A stretch of 64,000 nucleotides of DNA from Squalus acanthias (taxonomy: Eukaryota), in the NCBI GenBank assembly GCA_030390025.1, contig CM059431.1, positions 156,800,001 to 156,864,000 on the forward strand, written 5' to 3'. Both the position numbers and the translations under genes were made by a program. This document shows positions 52,375 to 64,000 of this stretch, one piece after another. The notes beneath the pieces are model-generated. The model searched no databases. It was not told where the DNA came from and saw only the letters and a program-made list of their open reading frames with translations. Position 1 is the first letter of the stretch. Each line of letters opens with the position of its first letter.

Positions 52375-54119
52375 CAAATAGCTCCAATTTGCCACAATAT
52401 TACCGAACAGAACTGACAATCGTGCCAAAATCAGTTTCTTTACACTTTTCATTTGTGCTGGGCTGTCCAGCACTCAGTCATGAGTGAGAATATTCTGAAC
52501 ATTCTGATCCAGAATACCTCTCTTGCGTAATTAAATCAGCATTCCATTGAAAACGTCGTTCATTTTCATATTAATTTGCATGATTTGCATGAGATGATTT
52601 TGTAATAAATTAAAATCTTTTGTCTCTGCGCACCTACATTATACATTCAGATGTCCACATTTCTAATTGATATTGTGGATCTAGTTCTTACGCGTTAATT
52701 ACAACCTCCGAACAGTGGCGGCGCTGCAGCGCCTACAAATATCATTGTCCAGCTCCTTGCCGAGAAATCGCATGGCCTTAAGTGAACTCTGCTGATCAGC
52801 AAGCTAAATTGTAAATTGCTTTACTAATATGAATCACAAGTAATAGAGATACAACAGATTATTATAAAATATAGGACGGAATGCCTGCCTTTAAAATTGG
52901 ATTGGAATAAGATCTGCCCACACCTGGTAATAATTCCTCTTCAATTCTGGACTTCGATTTCATGGAAACATTCTTGCTCTGAATCACAAAGTATAGGATT
53001 CAAAAACCGATCGCAGCTAGCTGAAACCTGGGCTGCGGCACTGAATTCTGTGATAACAACCAGCGGCCTACTCACCTCTAGTGGGTGTAGATAGCAAACT
53101 CCTCCTGAGCATATCGGTCATAACAGCCCTTAAAAACATTCCAGACCTCGAGTACCGAATCACTCTATTCGCAGGTATCAAGCTGGTTATGGACATTGAA
53201 AGGGTATTGCATCGAACCCTGTCAGACTGTAACTTATCCTCCGAATCCTTCCACAACTTCACCCACAATCTCAGACTTCACCTGATTTTCACTGGAAAAA
53301 TCTTCTCTATGATTTCATCTCATTTTGCAACAACTTTTTCAGTTATAATTTCCTGCGCAGTCATGTGTAGTATAAACATTCCCTTTAATTTGTCACGCTG
53401 TAATATTGGCCTGCAGCCAGTGCTGATGACAGAGCAACTCGATTTTGAAACGCCCGGATATTAAGCCTGACCAACAGAAAAACTGGTTGTTCTACCAACT
53501 CTCTTTCGCTAATAACAATATTGCTGTGTGAGTAGATATTTAGCCATCAGTAAAATCAAGGTGTTTTTAAGCTTTTTTCAATAAAACGTGGATATAGGAT
53601 TTTATAACCAGAAATAATTTGATACGGAAATGAGAGACAATCATGATGACTCATTATATGTATCTGTTAGCAGGAAATGTGCAAATGGGTAAGAATTTTA
53701 ATATATTATTATGCATATACAGATGAGGGTAGTATAGGACCAATCAGATGAAGTGGTTGGGAATATGTGAGGTGATTCTTCTTCGGAAACTACTTGTGCT
53801 TCCTGATTTATTAACGTTAAAAGTCAATTAAATTCCTGTCTTATTTCGCAGGTTCTTTTTGACAACAAGTTGGAAAATACTTTCCGAAAACTAAGGACAT
53901 ATTGGATGATTGTTAAGATAAGACGAAGTAAATTTGAAATCGCCGCCTTATCTTGGTTGGAGTAACATTTTTAGGGGACACATCATCATTTGTATGTATA
54001 AGTTAGAATCATATGTTTTCGATTTTAAGATAAGTTTATTTATTGATTTTTTCAATGAAATGTATTTCATCAAAGTTGTATACATATTTGGCACAGTATG
54101 TGAAACAATATCTTAGAAA

Positions 54120-54590
54120 ATTCATAGAATCATGGAATCTTACAGCACAGAAGGGAAAGTACCAGAAGGTCGTGCCTGTACCGGTTCTTTGAAAGACCTG
54201 TCCAATTTAGTTCCACACCCCAGATTTTTATCCATAATCCTGCAAATTAGTCCTCTTCCAATGCATTCTCTATATTGTATATGGTTTTGTACAGTACTCT
54301 GTACATGACATTTATCATAAACTTCCACTTTCTGTTTTATTTTAACGTCTATTTCCTTTCGAAGCGCTACCTTTCCTCCTTACGTGAGGATGCTTCATTT
54401 GTACCCTTTACATATATATATATCTGCCACGAAGGCCTGCTATTGCTAATTTACTGTTCTCCGGACCAATATTTGTTTCCAGTCCAGCTAAGCTAGATCC
54501 CTTCTCAAATCACTGAACTTGGTTCTCTCCCAGGTGTGTACTTTCACCTTTGCATCCCTTTGATACTTTCCATAACAACTTTAAATATAT
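54120..54590 (-). mobile_element. Old CR1 fragments (3' tail ~54120-54270; ORF2 piece ~54420-54590)
   Basis: CR1 3' UTR reverse complement; KFSDLRRDLA*LDW remnant. Confidence 0.55.
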
Positions 54591-55480
54591 GAAAATAAAA
54601 TATAAAACGAGTTTAGGTTGAAGAAGTTTCAATTAATTAAGAAAGGGAATAATATGTTCTAATAAATCTTGTTACCCAATACAGTTAAAAAATAATACCA
54701 AATGAATCGATAATATTGTCACATCGATCTCAAAGACGACATTAAGGGAAGCAGTGGATAATCAGAATGCCTGAGCTCCCCTCTCCCTTGAATGTACAGA
54801 GCAGGTGAGCAGGGCGATTAATGCGGGTTAAACCCGAAACACTTGTGGCATTGATAGTAATCAGTGAGAGCTTTTGTTTTAATGGAATCCTTTCATTATT
54901 TGGCGCACGGTTCACGCTCCCAGTATCTCTATGTTGAATGTTGACACTGCGCCCCTGCCCCCACCAGTCGGTAGCCGTGAGTTTAAATCCACCCCCCCCC
55001 CCCCGACATTACACAGTTCCTATTGTGTGTGTTTTTTTTCATCTGAGCACCTCCCGACAACGTGAAAAAAATTAGCCTGATTCTAATGAGTATAACCGGG
55101 AAAAATACTTAAAATATTTACATAAAACAGTATTCATGGTAAACAATCCTTCATTCTTTAAGTACAGTGAAATTATCCTATATATTGATTGACGTCAGAA
55201 TTTGCTTATCTTCTGCAATGTGCTGATTGTGTATCAACCTGAAAAAATATTAAGATAACGAAAAATATTATCAATAGGAAGTATTCTGTTGCCTGTGAAT
55301 AGCGATATCGTTAGATTCATTCAAAACAAACGTTTTTACTCGTATGATGGACACCAATTCTCCAGAAAAAAATGAGTTTATTCATTTTCCATTAACAGTT
55401 CAGTTATTAAGTAAAATATGAAAATATATTTTAAACGTCAAAGAACATAAAAATAATAAAAAGGTAACACGGAAACTCAC

Positions 55481-55672
55481 CTGATTTCCTTGAGATTAGC
55501 TCTATTCCGGATGAGACTGCGCAATGCCGGAACATGCTTCTCTGTCAATCTGTTGGCCTGTTCGCCATCCTGATTATCGTTACTGAGATCCAGCTCCATC
55601 AGTGAACGGTTTACATGGAGAGCAGAGAGCAGACTTTCCACACAATCATCAGTGAGACCATTAGATTTTAAA
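55481..55672 (-). CDS. NLR copy 2, LRR exon (192 nt)
   Basis: cag|...|gtgag; LKSNGLTDDCVESLLSALHVNRSLMELDLSN...LKEI; ribonuclease-inhibitor-type LRR; phase 2-2. Confidence 0.9.
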
Positions 55673-55942
55673 CTGCAGTGATCGAAAAATAAACAGAGCT
55701 TACATAAGAAACACACAGTCACGTTAAATTTTCACCACTTGCAAATAATTACTGTGGAATTCCAAAATCACGGGCAGAATCCTGTTCCTGATGTCTGCAT
55801 AACGTCCCGCTTTCAAAATGACTTCTGCCTTAAGGTAAATTGAATAGTGAGATTGACTGAGCATCATTATCACAGTAATTATGTATATTATACATAGTTA
55901 ACTCTCTAGTGGTGCTGTTCGATATTTTTCAAAATTACTCAC

Positions 55943-56029
55943 TCCAGTCTCATCATTTTACACCCATTTTTCTTCAGAACTGCGGAGAGCCGTTTTACTC
56001 CCGAATCTCCCAGTTTATTCTCATTGAGT
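55943..56029 (-). CDS. NLR copy 2, LRR exon (87 nt)
   Basis: tag|...|gtgag; LNENKLGDSGVKRLSAVLKKNGCKMMRL; phase 2-2. Confidence 0.9.
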
Positions 56030-56859
56030 CTAACAACAAATAAATAAAATCATTAATGGATTTTGAATAAAGTATCAGACAGGACATATTATCAATTAAT
56101 AATATATTTGACGTGGGAAACTTTGGACATCCAAGAATATAATACACATAATTCCAATTCAAATCTATGATTTGAATTAATTTAATTGCATGGAGCACAA
56201 GTGGTAAATGAATGGCAATCACAGAGTGTGGTTGTTTAACTGGAAGTTACTCGAATGCCCGTGGTCAAGTTTGAACCAAACATTATAAAACGGTTACGTA
56301 AAGAAGGCACTGAGTAGTTGGCAGTTTACATGGTGTAAACTGGTGGTCTGCAACGAGCAGGAATCCCCAACAAAATGTCTCTCACAAGACAATTCCCTTC
56401 ATCAAAAGGATAATTTAGGGTTAAATTAGGGACCGTCCCACCGACCTTGTCTCTATTTGAGGAAAGTTATCTATTTGACGCACTGAGTTTCAAAATGCAC
56501 TTAAATCATTCTCAATTTTATTGGAGAATCCACTGATGTGGATTGTAAAAGATCGCTCGAATGTGCATAAGAACAGGTGGAGAGACATTCCCTCTCATTT
56601 TTCCTCTCTCCCGACCTCTGATGATGCCTTGGAACAGCAGTGCTGCTAGAAAGAGCATTCAGAAGTTGAGGAATGGCAGACACGAACCCACATGGAACTG
56701 TCTCAGTTGGTATCATTGTGCTCAACAACAACGTTATTAGATCCGAAAATCCGCTCGGATCGAAGAATTGGGAACTTTCTGACGGTACATCTATAACTCG
56801 CTTGTAAATTAATCAAACTTTGTTTACAGTTTAAAAAAAAAAAAACATTTTCTTACTGA

Positions 56860-57185
56860 TCATGATCCAGTGGCAAAAGTGTCGTTAACCAGAGGACGCA
56901 GACTGAAGGTAATTGCGATAAAAAGCCATATGGGAGAAGAGGGACAAAAATTCGACAACGGGTTATGATGATCCGAAATGCACTGCCTGAAAAGCTGGAG
57001 GAAGCAGATCCAATAGTACCTTTCAAAAGGGAATTGCAAAAATATTTGAAGGAGATAGAATTGCAGGGCAATGGAGAAAGAGCAGGCAGTGGAACTGATT
57101 GGATAGTTCTTTCGAAAAAACAGAACAGGCACGATGGGCTGAACGAGCTCCTTCTGTGCTGTAAGATTCTGTGATTCTGTGAAAT
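56860..57185 (+). mobile_element. Old CR1 3'-end fragment in an NLR intron
   Basis: TRGRRLKV...RVMMIRNALP; paralogous to 21885-22140. Confidence 0.75.
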
Positions 57186-57532
57186 GGTGTTATATCCCAA
57201 CACAAATCTAATATATGGTGATTAGGAGGATATTTTACTGATTAATCCAGAATCCCCCGTGGTACGAAAAGTGCGCACGTTTCGGATATGATGTTGCCAA
57301 CACCCATTCTAATTTAATTAAATGAGCACCAAAGCTTTTTCAAGTATTACCCGAACAGACACTCCGGTGCCGTCTCTTAGCGTCCCATTTAGCACAGCAG
57401 AGAATGGAATGAGAGAATGTGCCCATTAATTGATCGAATTCAGTAGATGTTTTTGCTTTTAAGTAATATTATACCTCATGCCAGTAAAACAGTTATTGTT
57501 TATAATGTTATTAATCGATTTTCATGAATTAC

Positions 57533-59252
57533 CTGAGTATTTTACATCTGTGTAGCACCGGCTCCAGCTGATGGATGCCTTCATCTTGTACACCACATCT
57601 ACTGAGATTCAGCTCTTCCAAGACTTCAACCGCCATTATTGCGATTGAAAGAACTGCACAGTCAGAAGGTTTAAGAGGACACTGTGTGAATTTCATTGTC
57701 GTCATCGGTGGTAAAGCGGCCTTCATCAGTTTTAAGTCGCCAAATTCATGAAAATAATGCAATATCTTGAAGAATGTCCTTTGGCTTTGCCCATCTTCCA
57801 AGTCCTGTACATATCTTCTGACATTTTCTGTTAGCCAGTTCGACACAGACGGGAATGCTTCAGAAGGAAATACCCCCATTTTTCTTTCAAGCTGATAAGT
57901 TGAATTCCTTGAGGAAAGACCAACAAGAAACCGTAAAAATGTTTTAAATCTGTCGTCAGTGCACTCGTGCCATTCTTTGAGCAATCGTGTCAGTCCATTT
58001 CCTGGTGTGCTTAGAAATGTCATAATTGCAGCGACAAAGTCCTGCATAACGGAGTGAGTGAATGTGTACACAACACTGCCCAGGCCTTCGTCTCGAATCT
58101 CCATCATCAACGCAGAGCTAACATTGGAAAGTTCGAGTCTGTCTTGATTGATTTGTTCTTTCTTGAACACAACGAATTTGTTGCAAATTCCCTTGTAGGC
58201 CAAGTCGCCCAGTTTCAGCAACATTTCGCGAGAGTTTTCCGCGTCGCAGCCGCATCTCTCGAAAAGGCTTGTGACGTACGTGGAGAACACCCGTGTGCTG
58301 GTTATGACGAAAAATGGTCTCTCCCCCGCTCCTTGTGCCCGTTGTGACTCGAATAATGAAGCGAGGACCGAGCAGTACAGAGGGTTAGAGCACATGGTGT
58401 ACAATGTCTCATTCTGTTCAATGTACTCGATTACATCTATCGCAAACTGCTCATCTCCAAAATAACGGCGAAAATACTGTTTTATTTGCTCAGAGGTGAA
58501 ACCCAGGATTTCGACCGTTGGAATTATGTTTGCCTTTTCCAGAGACTCCAGCTTCCACGGCCGGCTTGTGATCAGTACTGAGCAGCCCTTGAGCAGTTCC
58601 CCCTGTATGAGGCAGCGCACAATGTCTGACACATCACAGCAGCACTCGGGATCGAAACACTGATTTCGGGTGTCGTTTTTTCTCCGAAGATCTGTGAAAT
58701 CGATGGGTTGCCGAAATTCATCTAAATCATCAAACATGAACAATATTTTTCCGGGTTCTTTCCACAAAAGTTCCAACTCAGTTTCGAAATCGGGGTAGGA
58801 ATCCAGAATCAGTCTATTTAGACTTGTATTTTCTTTTATTAAATTCAATTGTTGAACTTTAAAAGGAAAGACAACTTTAAACTGTTGGTACATTTTCCCT
58901 GCGGCCCAGTCACGGATTATCTTCTGTATCATGGTGCTTTTCCCAATCCCCGCGGCCCCAATTACCGCAGTTGTCCCAGAGCTGCCTGTTTTATCGAAAC
59001 TCAACAATTGATCCAGCTGAATCTCTTCCAGTTCATTCTCGAAGTTTTTCCTCTGTAATTCTTCACGCTCTCTACCTCGGGCCTTCAGTTCATTTTCTAC
59101 TTGTCTCAGCTCACGCAGGGAAGCAAAAATCGTTGCTTTAGTATATTTTTCATCCAGAAAATATCTTCGACATCTTTCTTTTCCTTCAGTGGAGTTGACT
59201 GTTATTTTCTCGTTCTGTTTGCGGAGAGTGTCTTTGTGCTGTCGTTCTATCT
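57533..59252 (-). CDS. NLR copy 2 main exon: FISNA-like region, NACHT NTPase, WH/HD2, first LRR (NLRP3/NLRC3-like family)
   Basis: Frame is open upstream of the listed ORF to the acceptor tattcaag| (EIERQHKDTLRKQ...); Walker A GAAGIGKST, Walker B ILFMFDDLDE, VLITSRP, EILGF, FTHSVMQDFVAA; donor AG|gtaatt. Confidence 0.93.
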
Positions 59253-59561
59253 CTTGAATATGAACAACGTCATTGGTGTAGTCATTGTAAATCAGGAGAC
59301 AAATATTTAACAGATCAGTGTTTTGATGAAGAATCTAATCATCAAGAAATATAAACAATATCTAAAATATCTCAGCAATGAGTGATTCCTTAATTAATTT
59401 ACAGTTTATTGCCCAGACACTCATAGAATAAAAGAACAGTAGCATTTCGGAAGTACCAGGAAAATGTAACATGTAGCAAGCTTGAGGATTGTGTGACGTT
59501 TGCTGTTGGATTTTCAACTTCTGGTAATGCGATTTCTAAACTTCTATATAAATTGCAAAGT

Positions 59562-59975
59562 ACATCTTGCTGGTATTTTATGTTCACAGGTCAATTTGGG
59601 TTATGAACGACTCCTGGTTTCGTCGTGCAACAAACAATGATGGGGAAACTCGGGTCTGGGCAGAAAACGAGTTCAGTCATTATATTCTAACCCCGGGGAT
59701 TCCATTTGTTCTGATTCTGCTGTTCAATGCTTTAACCGTTAGAAACATTTTAGTTGCCAGCGGAGCCCGCAGGAGACTCCGGGGTCAGAGCAGTGGGGAG
59801 AATCGCAGAGACCCAGGGATGGAAAGCCGAAGGAAATCCATAATTTTACTGCCTGTTATGTCAGGTAATTACATATTATTATGGACTGTCTTTATGGTCC
59901 ATTATATTTGGGGCAAATGTGTTTTTTTGCGTTTCAGTCTGTATTACTACCTAGTTATTTTACAAGAAGTTTGCT
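59562..59975 (+). pseudogene. GPR139/GPR142-like GPCR fragment (end of TM4 to start of TM7), antisense within an NLR intron
   Basis: WYFMFTG, a frameshift, then HYILTPGIPFVLILLFNALTVRNILVASGARRRLR...DPGMESRRKSIILL...ILLW. Confidence 0.8.
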
Positions 59976-60130
59976 ATTCTTTTCTATATATATTTACACA
60001 AACACAAAAATATTTACATGTACATATACATAAAATACAGATGTACACATACATTGGTATCAATATTTGAATTTACCATATTTTGAAGCGCAGTGGAGAT
60101 TTCTTACACCCATAGATACTGATAATAGCA

Positions 60131-60319
60131 ATGGTGAAACCTCCGCTCCAAATAGGTAAACGAATTATGAGACCAGCGCATGACACAAACGACATTAAGT
60201 CAGGCCGGCCGATATTCAGTTCCATTGGTCAATGGAAAGCAACATCGGACTGAGTGCATAACGGAAGTCAGATCTAATACCGCCCGTGTTGCATCCCCGC
60301 CCAATTCAATTTTCACCCA
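60131..60319. mobile_element. Small palindromic MITE, degenerate
   Basis: Ends GGTGAAA / TTTTCACCC; central palindrome TTCCATTGGTCAATGGAA. Confidence 0.55.
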
Positions 60320-60560
60320 CATGATGTTAAACTAACCATTTTCACAATAAGTCAAAATCAGTCAGCTTGCCTATATGCATTGCCACGTTGATGCATGAAC
60401 AATTTGCATTTCGATAAGTTAACTGAAATATGGCATGTAAATTTTGCGATGTCAATAACGTTTTGTGAAACAAGTGGAAATAATCCGTAGTGACCTCATT
60501 ATATTGTATCTCATTGTTTGGTTATATTGTAATTGTACATTTGTCAAATATAATTGATAC

Positions 60561-60742
60561 GGGGTGAAATTGGCCATGGGCGGAGGACGAAAACTAGTGG
60601 TATTGCATCGACCGCCTGTTATAAGCTTCGCTCAATATTCAGATCCATTGACTTTAATAGAACGGATAATCTGCCGTGTGTTAATTCGGTCGGAAATGCG
60701 ATTCTGCCTGTTTTGCGTCCCTGCCCCTGACGTACATCACCC
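60561..60742. mobile_element. Small palindromic MITE, same family as 60131-60319
   Basis: GGGGTGAAATT...GGACGAAAAC versus GTTTTGCGTCC...ATCACCC; centre TCCATTGACTTTAATAGAA. Confidence 0.55.
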
Positions 60743-60829
60743 TAACAAAATTTAAGTTCAAATCAATTTCTCGTCATAAATAATAAACATTGTTATTTTG
60801 ACGGTAAATTAGATTCGGATACCACCTAC

Positions 60830-61028
60830 CTTCTAGATCAAGTTTTCCCTCTGTATCTCTGGTCAGCATCTCTAACAATGTCGCTCTCAATTTGGGGTTT
60901 GTTTTCTGCAATTGAAAAAAAATGCTCCAGAGTTCTCTTTCTCTCCGATCTCCCTTTTCCAGCGCGGCATTGAAAATGAATTTGGATGCATCGTTTCTGC
61001 GCTGACTTTCAGCTAAAATTGTGATTGT
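60830..61028 (-). CDS. NLR copy 2 upstream exon (199 nt), probably the second half of a death-fold (CARD-like) domain
   Basis: ttttatttttag|TITILAESQRRNDASKFIFNAALEKGDRRERELWSIFFQLQKTNPKLRATLLEMLTRDTEGKLDLE G|gtagg; phase 1 joins the NACHT exon in frame; missing from the ORF track. Confidence 0.75.
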
Positions 61029-61194
61029 CTAAAAATAAAATATATTGCAATCATATGTAGCGAAGAAATTATCGTTATCGCAAAGGAAGCGTTTTTTTCT
61101 CAGAATCGGGTGTTAATGCAGAAAACACTTAAATGCATCATTAGTGAGACGGAGGGCGTGAAATACATTGAAAATTAAGTAGAAACTATAGGAA

Positions 61195-61520
61195 CTCACG
61201 TAGCAGAGCGTCCCAAGACGCTTCAGAGGATTATTACCAAACAACATTTAACATCAAGCTTCAGAGGTAGATATTCGGACAGATGAAAGAAGCTTGGCCA
61301 TAGAGATACATTTTAAAGCGAGTCTTAGAGAAGAGAGAGTTAGAGATTCAGAGAGGTTTAGGGACGGAATTCCAGAACTTAGGGTCTAAACCGCTGAATG
61401 TACGGCAGGCAATGGTGGAGCTATGAAAATGGGGGATGCACAAGAGGCCTGAATCGGACGAGCGCCGGGATCTCGACAGGATTCTAGAATTGGAAAAAGG
61501 TTACAGAAATAGAAAGGACC
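61195..61520 (-). mobile_element. L2-type LINE 3' fragment
   Basis: Reverse complement resembles an L2 C-terminus (PKFWNSVP..L...FKMYL); recognition only. Confidence 0.55.
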
Positions 61521-62356
61521 AGCGTTGAGTCACCCAGTTCGCCTGGATTTTCAGTCATTATATCTAGGCACTTTATCTCCCAATCCTGACCTTATATAAG
61601 GCACGTCGATCACATCTATATATCATAACCGCAGACAATCTGTACCTTGAAATAATGAGCTCATTCACAGTACTTTGTTTATTCACATTTGTGTAACATA
61701 ACTGAGGAGATATTGGACAAATCGAGAAGATTCACTTCATAGATTAGTTAGGGATTTTTTAAGAAATGGGACATTATGACATTCCTGGGGAGAGAGGATG
61801 TGGCCTCGGGAGATGTCCCTGAGCATTGTGCCGAAGTAGGTGTGGGATTAAAGAAGAAGTAGAATGGAAGAAAAGACGTGGATATGTTCAGTAGAAATTG
61901 TTTAAATCCGCGCCACCTGCAGTGGCTCGATCCTGTTGGATGGCTTACTGGAAACGCACGGCCGATTTGATAGAGAACCGGCAGAAAATCTCGGCACTGA
62001 TCTGAGGGAAATTCCTACAGTTCATTTTTATATGCCAGTTAATGCCAGTTAATTTATTCACATGGCATTTGAAGTATGTGGTTATTACAGTTTTGATCTA
62101 GCTTCAGGTTTTCCACTGGGACTGTAATGAGGATGCGTGATGCTTGCGCTGCTCGCTGTGTCATTTCGAAGGATCTTGGCTACTGGAATTACATTAACTG
62201 CAAGAAGTTTCGCAGTGAATTCTCAGAGCTGATTTCAGTGGTGATCCCCAGGTTACTCATGGTGGCAGAACGCCGATGGCAATGCCATTGAATATCAACA
62301 GCAATTGGTTATAATTTCTCTATTTGCATGCAGCAAGTACCAGGGACTTAGGCGGC

Positions 62357-64000
62357 ATAAATAAGAACATAAGAACATAAGAAATAGGAGAAGGAGTAGG
62401 CCAATCGGCCTCTCGAGCCTGCTCCGACATTCAATAAGATCATGGGTGATCTGATCCTAAGCTCAAATCTAAAGAACACAAGAAGTAGGAGCAGGACCCG
62501 GCCACTCAGCCCCTGGGCCCGCTCCGTCACACACAGGGCCTTGACCGATCCGAACTCAGCCTCATGTCCAATTTCCTGCCCGCTCTCCGTAAACCCTAAT
62601 TCTCTTTACTTCTAGGAAACTGTCTATCTCTGTTTTAAATTTATTTAATGATGTAGCTTCCACAACATCCTGGGGCAGCAAATTCCACAGATCCACTACC
62701 CTCTGAGTGAAGAAGTTTCTCCTCATCTCAGTTTTGAAAGAGCAGCCCCTTATTCTAAGATTATGCCCCCTAGTTCTAGTTTCACCCATCCTTGGGAACA
62801 TCCTTACCGCATTCACCCGATCAAGCCCCTTCACAATCTTATATGTTTCAATAAGATCGGCTCTCATTCTTTTGAACTACAATGAGTGGAGTCCCAATCT
62901 ACTCAACCTCTCCTCATATGTCCAGCCCCTCATCCCCGGGATTAACCGAGTGAACCTTCTTTGTACTACTTCGAGAGCAAGTATGTATTTTCTTAAGTAT
63001 GGACACCAAAACTGTATGCAGTATTCCAGGTGCGGTCTCACCAATACCTTATATAACTGCAGCAACGCCTCCCTGTTTTTATAATCTATCACCCAAGCAA
63101 TAAAAGCCAACATTCCGTTGGCCTTCTTGATCACCTGCTGCACCTGCATACTAACTTTTTGATTTGCTTGCACTATGACACCCAGATCCCTTTGTACTGC
63201 AGTACTTTCCTGTTTCTCGCCATTAAGATAATAACTTGGTCTCTGATTTTTCCTGCCAAAGTGCATAACCTCACATTTTCCAATATTGTATTGCATCTGC
63301 CAAGTCTCCACACACTCACCCAGCCTGTCTATATCCCCTGGTAGTATTTTTATGTCCTCCTCACTTTCTACTTTCCCTCCCATCTTTGTATCATCTGCAA
63401 ACTTTGATATGTTACACTCGGTCCTCTCCTCCAAATCGTTAATATAGATTGTAAAGAGTTGGGGACCCAGCACCGACCCCTGCGGAACACCACTGTCTAC
63501 TGGTTCCCATTCCGAGAATGAACCATTTATCCCAACTCTCTGCTTCCTGTTAGATAACCAATCCTCCACCCATGCCAAAATATTACCCCCAATCCAGTGA
63601 TTTTTTATCTTGAGCAATAATCGTTGATGTGGCATCTTGTCGAATGCCTTCTGGAAGTCTAAATTCACTATGTCCACTGGTTCCCCTTTATCCACCCTGT
63701 ACGTTATGTCTTCAAAGAACTCAATCAAATTTGTCAGACATGACTTCCCCTTCATAAAGCCATGCTGACTTTGTCTATTAAATGTTCCGTTACTGTCTCC
63801 TTAATAATAGACTCCAAAATTTTACCCACCACAGATTTTAGGCTAACTGGTCTATAATTTTCAGCCTTCTGCCTGCTACCCTTTTTAAATAAGGGTGTTA
63901 CATTAGTTGTTTTCCAATCTGCCGGGACCTTTGCTGAGTCCAGGGAATTTTGGAAAATGATTACCAAAGCATCCACAATCCCTACTGCGACTTCCCTCAA
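62357..64000 (-). mobile_element. CR1 LINE RT and 3' UTR, running off the window
   Basis: [33 protein letters not shown]; (AAGAACAT)n tail on plus at ~62363. Confidence 0.93.

Noticed and set aside
53068..53464. ORFs 53081-53464 (+) and 53068-53268 (-) with a donor-like site at ~53075
   Set aside because: No recognisable domain and no counterpart in copy 1; cannot be supported as an exon without transcript data

Overview
Repeat-rich vertebrate genomic DNA, almost certainly from a cartilaginous fish (HE1/V-SINE, Deu-domain SINEs, many CR1 LINEs, a shark-type GPR139-like GPCR remnant). The only host genes I can support are two tandem minus-strand NLR (NACHT-LRR) paralogues. The right copy (51.5-61.0 kb) looks coding-intact: a death-fold/CARD-like exon, a FISNA-NACHT exon and two LRR exons, with its 5' end probably outside the window. 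The left copy (18.4-27.4 kb) is a pseudogene with in-frame stops, a CR1 inserted in the NACHT exon and loss of its 5' half. A ~35-bp satellite lies 3' of each copy. Between the copies is a nest of elements. A decayed two-gene Harbinger transposon is interrupted by a pol-less endogenous retrovirus-like element with ~0.9-kb LTRs, a tRNA-Arg(CCT) primer-binding site and gag-like and env-like remnants, possibly lokiretrovirus-like; this is the most novel item. Also present: Harbinger MITEs with TIRs/TSDs, a 5'-inverted (twin-primed) RTE LINE, and a Neptune-type Penelope element with an open RT-GIY-YIG frame and a hammerhead-like motif. Exon boundaries were read from GT/AG sites and phase; most TE boundaries are approximate and family names come from recognition, not database searches.
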